Shown here piece by piece: positions 37,917 through 45,492 of a DNA stretch of 64,000 bases. The stretch comes from an uncultured Caldilineaceae bacterium. Lineage in GTDB: Bacteria > Chloroflexota > Anaerolineae > 4572-78 > J111. Numbering within the stretch: the stretch's first letter is position 1; the number at the start of each line of letters is the position of its first letter. A program made the translations under genes and the position numbers. Under the pieces are notes generated by a model. The model made no database searches. It had not been told where the DNA came from and worked only from the letters and a program-made list of their open reading frames with translations. Location: positions 18,900 through 82,899 of the forward strand of contig CAZFCE010000016.1 of NCBI GenBank assembly GCA_964517605.1. Direction: 5' to 3'.

Positions 37917-39326
37917 TTATAGTTTCACCGGGGCAATTACATCCGGCAGCGCCGCCTTGAGCGCGGCCAGCAACGTTTTATCCTGCCGGGGCAAAACGGT
38001 GCGGGGATCAAATAAAATCCGGTCGTTTTCAATCCTGGCGATAACCGGCGGCAGGTTAACCGGCTGGCGCAGCCGCTCGGCCAGCGCAGTAACGGCATCG
38101 AGTGAAATGGCTAGCGCCCAGGTGGGCAGCGTTTGGCCGGGCAAACTGCCGCCGCCAACGGTAGACACCGTTTTAACAACCTTGAACGAAACCCGCGCCA
38201 GGCTGGGTTCTTTTTGCAGCGCCGTTTGCCAGGCGCGCGCTCGCCGGGCCAAACCGGCCGGCGCGGCGGACATCATTTGCCACACCGGGATTTCGGTGGT
38301 GGCCTTGTTTTCCCGGTAGGCCAGCAGCGTGGCCTGCAACGCCGCCAGCGTAATTTTATCAACCCGCAACGCCCGGATAAGCGGATGCTTTTTTAGTTTT
38401 TCAAGCAGCGGTTTGCGCCCCAAAATCAACCCGGCCTGCGGGCCGCCCAGCAGTTTATCGCCGCTGGCGGTAACAATGTCCACTCCGGCGGCCAGGCTTT
38501 CCTGGATGGTTGGTTCGTGGGCCAAACCAAAGGGAGTGGTATCCAGCAGCGTGCCAGAACCCAAATCTTCCATAAGCGGCAGGTTGTGCCGCCGGGCCAA
38601 ATCGGACAGTTCGGCCAGCGCCGGCTGCGCCGTAAATCCGCTAATGCGGTAATTACTGGGATGCACCGCCAACAGCAGCCCGGTTTGGCCCGGCACAATG
38701 GCCTGTTTGTAATCCTGAGTGTAGGTGCGGTTGGTGGTGCCCACTTCAACCAAGTTACAGCCCGATTGCGCCATAATCTCCGGCACTCGAAAGCCGCCGC
38801 CAATTTCAATCAACTGGCCCCGGCTGATAATCACCTCGGCGCCACGCGCCAGCGCCGAAAGCGCCAGCACCACCGCCCCGGCGTTGTTGTTGACCACCAC
38901 CGCCGCTTCGGCTCCGGTGAGCCGGCAGAGCAAATCGGCGGCGTGTACATACCGAGACCCGCGCCCGCCGGAGGTCAAATCGTATTCCAGATTTAAGTAA
39001 TCCGAGGCCGCCTGCTGCATGGCCAGTTTGGCCCGCTCACTGAGCAGCGCCCGGCCCAGATTGGTGTGAATAATCACGCCGGTGGCATTGATGACCGGCT
39101 GCAACGATGGCCGGATTTCTGCCGCAACGCGCCCCACCACCGCCGGCACCAGCGCCGCTTCTACCCCGGACGGTTGGCCGGCTAAAATTTGCTGCCGGAC
39201 CAGGTCGAGTTCGGCGCGGATGGCCGCCACTACCACGCGGTGGCCATGCACCGCCACCAGCGCCGCCAGTTCGGCAGTTTGGAGTAGTTTGTCAACGCTG
39301 GGCAAATTACGCAGTTCCGATTGCAT
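37917..39326 (-). CDS. selA: L-seryl-tRNA(Sec) selenium transferase
   Basis: LRNLPSVDKLLQ N-terminus, NNNAGAVVLAL, and SGDKLLGGPQAG (PLP-lysine); 469 aa. Confidence 0.88.
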   Translation of the reverse strand: MQSELRNLPSVDKLLQTAELAALVAVHGHRVVVAAIRAELDLVRQQILAGQPSGVEAALVPAVVGRVAAEIRPSLQPVINATGVIIHTNLGRALLSERAKLAMQQAASDYLNLEYDLTSGGRGSRYVHAADLLCRLTGAEAAVVVNNNAGAVVLALSALARGAEVIISRGQLIEIGGGFRVPEIMAQSGCNLVEVGTTNRTYTQDYKQAIVPGQTGLLLAVHPSNYRISGFTAQPALAELSDLARRHNLPLMEDLGSGTLLDTTPFGLAHEPTIQESLAAGVDIVTASGDKLLGGPQAGLILGRKPLLEKLKKHPLIRALRVDKITLAALQATLLAYRENKATTEIPVWQMMSAAPAGLARRARAWQTALQKEPSLARVSFKVVKTVSTVGGGSLPGQTLPTWALAISLDAVTALAERLRQPVNLPPVIARIENDRILFDPRTVLPRQDKTLLAALKAALPDVIAPVKL

Positions 39327-39328
39327 GC

Positions 39329-39706
39329 TTATTCTCGCGTTAGAAAAAAGACTTCAATCAAAATAAAGGCCAACCCCAGGATCGCGCCCATCATAAAACT
39401 CAGCTCGCGCACCAGTTGCAAATAGGCCACAATTACCCCAAACAAGCCCACCCAGGCGGCCTGTCGCACCAATCTGAATTTGTCCAGGTGCAGCCAGCCG
39501 GCTTTGGCAAACCGATAATTTAAGTAGGCCGCCGGCGGAACGGTGACAGCGCCTAAAAACAAAAACCAGCAGATAAAAAAGAGAACCTGCGGCAAGGCAA
39601 AAAGAGAATCAGGTTCCGGCCATAATAATGAAACCACACTGTATAATCCTCCCAAACTTAAAATGGCCAGAATTGTAGAAAGGAATACCCACCAGCGCAG
39701 GCGCAT
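39329..39706 (-). CDS. Small membrane protein (4 TM), hypothetical
   Basis: 125 aa, strongly hydrophobic. Its stop (39329-39331) directly abuts the selA start at 39326 (2-nt gap). Confidence 0.55.
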   Translation of the reverse strand: MRLRWWVFLSTILAILSLGGLYSVVSLLWPEPDSLFALPQVLFFICWFLFLGAVTVPPAAYLNYRFAKAGWLHLDKFRLVRQAAWVGLFGVIVAYLQLVRELSFMMGAILGLAFILIEVFFLTRE

Positions 39707-39780
39707 CAGTTATCCCAAACATAAAGTAATACCGTATTATACCCCAATTTGGGGTAATCGTCATGGAATATGTTATTCAC

Positions 39781-40340
39781 ATGGTATTGTTTATTAATTA
39801 ATTATAAGTAGTAATAAATAGTAGGCCCTGTGGATAAGTGGATAACGTCGCCCGGCGGCGACGGCTTATACTACATCTTGTGTAAAATAGTTTTTACAAA
39901 CCGGCATTTTGTTGTTGCCGCGCGTGGTTAGCTGTGGATGGCGGCTGGGGATAAAAACTAATAATTGTGGATAGATAAATGGGGGAACATTTGTCAAATG
40001 GCTTAGAAATTAATGGACTCTACATCTTGGGTAACAAAAATACTTCGTCCTACATATTGTGGTGCTTTTGGATCGTAATTTTCTGGATTCTTAAAAATTT
40101 GGCGAGTTATCCCCATTTGGATGTACTTATCCACAGTTATCAAGCGGTTATCCACAGAACATGTGATACAAAAATACGTTGCGGAGAGAATCCGGGGAAT
40201 TTTTTACGGGTTACGCCTGGAAACTAAACTTGTTGTTAGTTGTCGGCGCAGGTTGCGCTCCTTTGGGGCTAACGAAAGCTAACATAAGTTATCCCCATTC
40301 AAGGATAACTTATCCACAGATATAAGCCGGGTTATCCACA
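39781..40340. other. oriC segment downstream of dnaA: AT-rich tract plus at least 10 DnaA boxes
   Basis: Five perfect boxes: TGTGGATAA at 39829 and TTATCCACA at 40127, 40148, 40310 and 40332. Near-consensus boxes at 39838 (gtggataac), 39966 (tgtggatag), 40107 and 40289 (ttatcccca). AT-rich 39781-39825 (atggtattgtttattaattaattataagtagtaataaatagtag). Confidence 0.85.
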
Positions 40341-40425
40341 AAAATTTAAGGAAAATGAAAAATAGTGGCTTTTTTATAGAAAGCCACTCAATTATTATAT
40401 TGAAGGAGAATTTTTTGCAGAGGCG

Positions 40426-41820
40426 TTAATAGAGGGGGGTATTGGAGTAAATGATTTCTCTGATGGCCAGCATCTCCCGCCTGAGGCGGTCGTTTTGCTC
40501 AATTTGCGACGCAATTTTCTCCCAACCGTGCATAATGGTGGTGTGATCGCGCCCTCCCAGCGCGTCACCAATTTGCGGCAACGACGCGCCCGTTTCTTCG
40601 CGGGCCAGATACATGGCCATTTGGCGCGCCGCCGACACATCTTTACTGCGGCCCCGGCTGATCAGCACTTCCGGGTCAACCCGGTAAAACGAGGCCACCG
40701 CTTTTACAATTTGGGTTACGGTGAGTTCGGCCTGCCGCGAGACAATATCTTGCAACGCGTCCGAGGCCAGTTCCAGGCTAATCGGCTGCCGCAACATGGC
40801 AGCGTGGGCAATTACTTTGTTGAGCGCGCCCTCCAGCTCGCGGATGTTGTTTTGGGCGCGGCGGGCCACAAATTCCATCACGTCATCGGGCACGCTGGTA
40901 GCCAACGAATCGGCCTTAAAGCGCAAAATGGCAATCCGGGTTTCCAGGTCGGGCGGTTGAATGTCGGCCAGCAACCCCCACTCAAACCGGGAGCGCAGCC
41001 GTTCTTCCAGCGTGGTGATAGCTTTGGGCGGGCGATCACTGGAGAGCACGATTTGCCCGCCGGATGAGTGCAGCGCGTTAAAGGTGTGGAAAAATTCTTC
41101 CTGAGTGCTTTCTTTGCCGGCGATAAACTGAATGTCGTCAATCAGCAAAAAGTCGGTGGTGCGGTATTTTTCACGGAAAGAATCGGTTGATTGGGTGCGG
41201 ATGGCGTTGATTAAATCGTTGGTGAAGGTTTCTGAGGTGGTGTAAATAACCCGTTTGCTTTGGGTAATGGCAAAATGGGCAATGGCTTGCAACAAGTGGG
41301 TTTTGCCTAACCCCACCCCGCCGTACAAAAAGAGCGGGTTGTAGGCTTCGGCGGGCTTTTCGGCCACCGCCAGCGAGGCCGCATGCGCCAGCCGGTTTGA
41401 CGCCCCCACAATAAACTGATCAAACGTGTACCGAGTATTTAACATAAACGGCTGCCTGCCTTTACCGTGATTCCCGTTGCCATTATTGGGGGCGGTAACA
41501 AACAAAGATGCGGCCTGAAAATCGTGGTGCACTTCGTGCGGTTCGGTTTCTTGGGCATCGGTTTCGGTGCTGGTATCTATTTCAAATTGAATTTCAACTT
41601 TGTGGCCCAGAACGCTGGTAACGGTACGGCTAATTGTATTGAATAATCGGTTTTCCAGCCAATCTTTGGCAAAAGGGTTTTTAGTGCCAATCACCAAATG
41701 ATGGTCATTCTGAGCAATAATGCGGGTGTCTTTTAGCCACGTATCAAACGTGGCTCTGGTCATTTGTAATTGCAACTGGCCCAACGTGGTTTGCCAGATT
41801 TGGTCCGTATTAATTGACAT
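40426..41820 (-). CDS. dnaA: Chromosomal replication initiator protein DnaA
   Basis: MSINTDQIWQTTLGQLQLQMTRATFDTWL, Walker A GGVGLGKTHLL, LLIDDIQF, and C-terminal DNA-binding HTH DHTTIMHGWEKI. ATG 41820 gives 464 aa. Confidence 0.96.
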   Translation of the reverse strand: MSINTDQIWQTTLGQLQLQMTRATFDTWLKDTRIIAQNDHHLVIGTKNPFAKDWLENRLFNTISRTVTSVLGHKVEIQFEIDTSTETDAQETEPHEVHHDFQAASLFVTAPNNGNGNHGKGRQPFMLNTRYTFDQFIVGASNRLAHAASLAVAEKPAEAYNPLFLYGGVGLGKTHLLQAIAHFAITQSKRVIYTTSETFTNDLINAIRTQSTDSFREKYRTTDFLLIDDIQFIAGKESTQEEFFHTFNALHSSGGQIVLSSDRPPKAITTLEERLRSRFEWGLLADIQPPDLETRIAILRFKADSLATSVPDDVMEFVARRAQNNIRELEGALNKVIAHAAMLRQPISLELASDALQDIVSRQAELTVTQIVKAVASFYRVDPEVLISRGRSKDVSAARQMAMYLAREETGASLPQIGDALGGRDHTTIMHGWEKIASQIEQNDRLRREMLAIREIIYSNTPLY

Positions 41821-41857
41821 ACATAAATCTCCACTATTAGCAATACCCGCAAGGGGG

Positions 41858-42376
41858 CGTGGATAAAGTGACAACAAAATTAAAGGGCATGCCCAAAACC
41901 TGCAAAACGGGGCAACCCACAGAATAAATATTAAATTTTAACGGTGAATGCAGATTAAGAGATTTTGAGGAAAATCTCTGGTTACGGCCTTACTCACCCT
42001 AATTCAATCTGGAGAGTTTAGCTGGTAGGTGCGCCTATCAGCAGGTTGAAGTTCAAGTGTAAGAATTTGGTTTTTCTTGGAAACAGGGCGTGGCCAGCCT
42101 GTTTAAAAATCAACCCATCTCCCTCCTCTGATGTGGCACTATCAATATCGTTAAAGCGATGTTAAATCAACGTTAAATATTTATAAAAATTCAACTGTAC
42201 ACCAAAGTGACTAGCATTTTATCAGACCTAGCCAATGCTTTCAATACCCGTACCTTAAAAAAGCGATAGCGGCTGCCGGTTTTAAGAATAGTTATGGTGA
42301 GTTAATTCACGAATGTGGATAAGTTGTTGATAACGGTAGTTAAATCTTGGGAAAGTTGAGGATAATTTGGGGATAA
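41858..42376. other. Second DnaA-box / AT-rich cluster upstream of dnaA (bipartite origin or dnaA autoregulatory region)
   Basis: cgtggataa at 41858 (38 nt before the dnaA start). Same-orientation boxes tgtggataa 42314, tgttgataa 42325, tgaggataa 42357 and tggggataa 42368. AT-rich 42160-42200. Confidence 0.7.
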
Positions 42377-42459
42377 CTTTTGCGGCGTTTTGCCGGCGTA
42401 TCCGGTTGAGACGCACGTTAGATTGCGCCACAGGCCGGTTTTTGCCCATGCCGGGTAGT

Positions 42460-43407
42460 TTAAATGATAAATTTTGATAGCTGTTCGGCGATTTGCCGGC
42501 ATTGATGGCGAATCATCCCCAGTGGCACATTGGTGCTGAGGGCCAGCGACAACAAAATACCGTCGGCCAGGGTAAGGGTGTACAGCCGGTAGGCTCCGCC
42601 TTCGTGGAGGCTTTGGGTAAACCGCCCGGTCCGTTCGCCCAAAAATGTGGCGGCTTGCGCGGCGGCCTGCGTGCTTTGCGCCACCAGCACCGCCAAATCC
42701 AGGCATTCTTCCCGGCTGAGCATGCCGGCGTGGGCAATTAAATCCGCCCCGGCAATTAACAAAATGGCTTCGGCCCGCACCTCTCGATTTAAATCGCCCA
42801 GGTAGCGTAAAATCTCGTTTTCGCTGGCGCGCAAAAACCGAATGGTTTCTTGCGGCACCACCGGCGGAGCCAGCAAGTTGGTGTCTATTTCCAGCGCCGG
42901 CGGCGCAGAAACAGGCACGGGTGGTGCGGCGACGCTAACGGCGGCGGGCGGCGCTTCCTTTTCGGTGGCAACCGGCGCGGGGGCGCTTTTAGCCGGCGGG
43001 GTAAAGGCCGGCATTACTGTAGCCGAAGGCGTGCGTTGCCGGCTGCGGCCCAGAGCTTTTTCAACCAGATCGGGCAAATCGCCCACAAAAAACGGTTTGG
43101 GCAAAATACCGTTAATGCCCAACTTGCTGTAGGCATCCGGCAACGCCTGGCCAATCAAGGGAATCATCATTATTTTTACTTCGCCTCTGGTTTCGCGGAT
43201 GGCTTTTACCAGAATGCCGGGTTTCATATCGGTGATGCCCACATCAATAATAACCAGATCAAAACTTTGCTCAACCACAGCCAATAAGGCATCGCTCCCG
43301 GAATGCACGCAGGTGGCAATATATTGCCCGGAATTCTGCAATCCTTCTGCCAGCATTACACCAAAGCCTTCGTCGCTATCTACTACCAAAATGTTGGGCT
43401 TTACCAT
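42460..43407 (-). CDS. Response regulator: receiver domain + Ala/Pro linker + Roadblock/LC7 (MglB-like) domain
   Basis: Receiver NILVVDSDEG...FDLVIIDVGITDMKPG...GILPKPFF. C-terminal part ILRYLGDLNREVRAEAILLIAGADLIAHAGMLSREE...GGAYRLYTLTLADGILLSLALSTNVPLGMI has a Roadblock-like pattern. Confidence 0.7.
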   Translation of the reverse strand: MVKPNILVVDSDEGFGVMLAEGLQNSGQYIATCVHSGSDALLAVVEQSFDLVIIDVGITDMKPGILVKAIRETRGEVKIMMIPLIGQALPDAYSKLGINGILPKPFFVGDLPDLVEKALGRSRQRTPSATVMPAFTPPAKSAPAPVATEKEAPPAAVSVAAPPVPVSAPPALEIDTNLLAPPVVPQETIRFLRASENEILRYLGDLNREVRAEAILLIAGADLIAHAGMLSREECLDLAVLVAQSTQAAAQAATFLGERTGRFTQSLHEGGAYRLYTLTLADGILLSLALSTNVPLGMIRHQCRQIAEQLSKFII

Positions 43408-43418
43408 GAGTACATCCG

Positions 43419-43454
43419 TGAGGTTTATTTTGAGGTTAATATTGAGGTTACTGT
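43419..43454. repeat. Three 12-nt direct repeats (tgaggtta core) in the leader of the RR-Roadblock gene
   Basis: tgaggtt occurs at 43419, 43431 and 43443, at exact 12-nt spacing, starting 12 nt upstream of the start codon (minus-strand sense aacctca). Confidence 0.8.
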
Positions 43455-43520
43455 TAGCGTTTTTTCTTACGAATTAGTGGCATTTTAATGGATTTTGAAC
43501 AAAAGTCAACAACGTTGGCG

Positions 43521-44567
43521 TTACTGTTTTTTGCCTTTTATAAAAACATAAACGGCAATTACCCCCAACGCCAAAACAAAAAATAACAAAATACCGCCTA
43601 AACTTAAAAAATTAAAGGCTGATGCCGGTTTGGGCAGCTCTTTGACCGGCCCGGCGGCGGTTATAACCGGCGTTGGGGCGATAGTGACGGTGGCAGTTGC
43701 GATTGCCGGCGGTGTTGGTGTAGGTAAAGCGGTTCGCGTGGGTTGCGCCGTGGCGGTGGGCAAGACGGTTGCCGCTGCCGCCGCCGCAGCCGGCGGAGTG
43801 GCGGGTTCTGCCGGTAATGGTTGCCCGGCCAGGTTTTCTTGTTCTGGCATTGGGGCGGACTCTAATTGAACGGACCCTTCTGCCGGCACTTCGACTGCCA
43901 GCGCCGGCGGCGCGGCGGCTGCCGCACTTTTGGCCACGGGCGCTGCCGGTGCTGCGCCGCCGACGGCATCTTGCGCCAACATCATCTCCTGGTTAGCGGT
44001 GATTGGCGCTGCCGGCGGCGCGGCAGCTGCCGCCGCTTCGGCTTTTTCCTCTATAACTGCTGTGGCCACGGCGGTGGGTTGCGCTTCGATTGATTTTTTC
44101 ATAACCGCCGGTTCGGTGGCCAACACTGCGGGCGCGGCAGGCGCTTTTGCTACCGTCTCCGCTGCTGCCTCTTTTTGTTGCGCCACCATTTGCGCCGGGG
44201 CGCTCTGGCTGCCCGAAAACTGCGTACCCCAAAAAAGCCCGCCGCCAACGGCTAAAACGCAGATTATTGCCGCCGCCGCGGCGGCCAATCCCCCTGCCCA
44301 GGCCGGTAGCCAAAAACGGCGTTTGGGCTGGGGTTGCACTTCGGTGGCGGTGAGCGTAAAGGGGCGCGGGGCCGGCATTACCGGCAGACTGGCCAACAGC
44401 GTCACCGTTTGCCGCAACGAGGCCAAATCTGCCTGCAATTCGGGCGATTCGGCCAGCGCAGAATCTACCCGCGCGCGCTCGGCGGCGGTCACTTCACCGT
44501 CCAGATAAGGCGATAGCAACTCCCGGATTTCTTCGATATTTGGTTGCTGAGGTGTATTTGTCGCCAT
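43521..44567 (-). CDS. Membrane-spanning anti-sigma factor (N-terminal anti-sigma domain, TM, Ala/Pro/Thr-rich ectodomain, C-terminal TM)
   Basis: ELLSPYLDGEVTAAERARVDSALAESPELQADLASLRQT is a typical RsiW/RskA-type N-terminus. TM FWLPAWAGGLAAAAAAIICVLAVGGGLFW. Begins 11 nt after the sigma-factor stop. Confidence 0.75.
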   Translation of the reverse strand: MATNTPQQPNIEEIRELLSPYLDGEVTAAERARVDSALAESPELQADLASLRQTVTLLASLPVMPAPRPFTLTATEVQPQPKRRFWLPAWAGGLAAAAAAIICVLAVGGGLFWGTQFSGSQSAPAQMVAQQKEAAAETVAKAPAAPAVLATEPAVMKKSIEAQPTAVATAVIEEKAEAAAAAAPPAAPITANQEMMLAQDAVGGAAPAAPVAKSAAAAAPPALAVEVPAEGSVQLESAPMPEQENLAGQPLPAEPATPPAAAAAAATVLPTATAQPTRTALPTPTPPAIATATVTIAPTPVITAAGPVKELPKPASAFNFLSLGGILLFFVLALGVIAVYVFIKGKKQ

Positions 44568-44578
44568 GATTGCTGCGT

Positions 44579-45178
44579 TTATTGCTTTCTATCTTCTAGA
44601 CGATATTGGCCGGGCAAAAGTTCCTGTTGCGTGAGCAAAAAATCGCGCAAGCGCCGCCGCCCCCGGTTTAACCGAGATTTAACCGTTCCCAACGGCTGTT
44701 CTATAATTTCGGCGGTTTCCAGGTAGCTTAGACCCTGCACGTCACACAAAACCACCACCACGCGCTGATCCTGCGGTAACTGGTTAATGCCCATTTGCAG
44801 CCACTCGGCCAGTTCGCCCCGGAGCATGCGCTCTTCGAGCGGCTCATCGGCATTCATCAGGCTGGCGCTGTGCTCAGGAGCCTCTTCTACCAAATCCTCC
44901 AGCGAAGTTGCCGGTCGGCGGTTGCTGTAGCGAAGGTGGTCGTAACAGGTGTTGGTCACAATGCGCAAAATCCAGCTTTTAAACGACCCGCCCTGGTATT
45001 GTCGCAACGATTTATACGCCTTTAAAAAGGCATCCTGGCAGGCATCGGCGGCGGCATCACTGGAGCCGGTAACGCGATAAGCCACGTTGTAGGCGGTGCC
45101 CTGGTAGGCCATTACCAACTGGTTAAAGGCCGACAGGCTTCCTTTTTGCGCTTCAGAAATTATGCGAAGTTCATCCAT
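44579..45178 (-). CDS. ECF (group 4) RNA polymerase sigma factor
   Basis: Region 2 (AFNQLVMAYQGTAYNVAYRVTG...DACQDAFLKAY) and region 4 HTH (QRVVVVLCDVQGLSYLETAEIIEQPLGTVKSRLNRGR). Confidence 0.9.
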   Translation of the reverse strand: MDELRIISEAQKGSLSAFNQLVMAYQGTAYNVAYRVTGSSDAAADACQDAFLKAYKSLRQYQGGSFKSWILRIVTNTCYDHLRYSNRRPATSLEDLVEEAPEHSASLMNADEPLEERMLRGELAEWLQMGINQLPQDQRVVVVLCDVQGLSYLETAEIIEQPLGTVKSRLNRGRRRLRDFLLTQQELLPGQYRLEDRKQ

Positions 45179-45219
45179 GAGCTAAAATGGCCGGCCTTGT
45201 ATCATTTGGCTTAGGCAAT

Positions 45220-45248
45220 TTGACGTATAATCTTACATCAATTATACT
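45220..45248 (+). promoter_or_regulatory. Candidate promoter for tRNA-Leu (TTGACG-17 nt-TATACT)
   Basis: -35 at 45220-45225 and -10 at 45243-45248, with the tRNA 5' end at 45268. Confidence 0.6.
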
Positions 45249-45267
45249 TCTGAACTGTAAGACGTTC

Positions 45268-45349
45268 GCCGGAGTGGCGGAACAGGCAGACGCGCGCGAC
45301 TCAAAATCGCGTGGAGAAATCCTTGTGGGTTCGATTCCCACCTCCGGCA
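45268..45349 (+). tRNA. tRNA-Leu (anticodon CAA), class II with long variable arm
   Basis: Acceptor gccggag/ctccggc with discriminator a. Anticodon stem cgcga/tcgcg with loop ct-CAA-aa. Variable arm ggagaaatcc. T arm gtggg-ttcgatt-cccac. CCA is not encoded. Confidence 0.92.
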
Positions 45350-45413
45350 TTGATTATAACACCATTCATTATGATGTGCTAGGGCGATGTAACTTCGCTC
45401 ACCGGGTAAGGTG

Positions 45414-45436
45414 AGGCCACCTCGTAGAGGCGGCCT
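45414..45436 (+). terminator. Candidate terminator after tRNA-Leu
   Basis: aggccacc-tcgtaga-ggcggcct (one mismatch) followed by ttaatttt. Confidence 0.4.
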
Positions 45437-45492
45437 TTAATTTTGAATTCAAGGGTTTGTTTTTTTTTAGTAGTTAGTTTGTTTTTGCGCAG

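Noticed and set aside
39979-40227. 82-aa ORF inside the origin
   Set aside because: It is AT-rich, spans several DnaA boxes, has no RBS, and its codon usage is unlike the rest of the window.
41878-42459. Expected rpmH/rnpA genes upstream of dnaA
   Set aside because: I found no ORF resembling L34 (MKRT.QPS..KR...HGFR) in either orientation. The region is non-coding AT-rich DNA with DnaA boxes.
42302-42706. 134-aa minus-strand ORF overlapping the regulator's 3' end and the DnaA-box cluster
   Set aside because: It overlaps the well-supported receiver-Roadblock gene in another frame and has an Arg/Pro/Gly-rich product.
43521-43650. C-terminus of the anti-sigma factor as a sortase or exosortase sorting signal
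   Set aside because: It has a hydrophobic helix and a KGKKQ tail, but the preceding sequence (ELPKPAS) does not fit LPXTG or PEP-CTERM, so it is treated as a second TM anchor.
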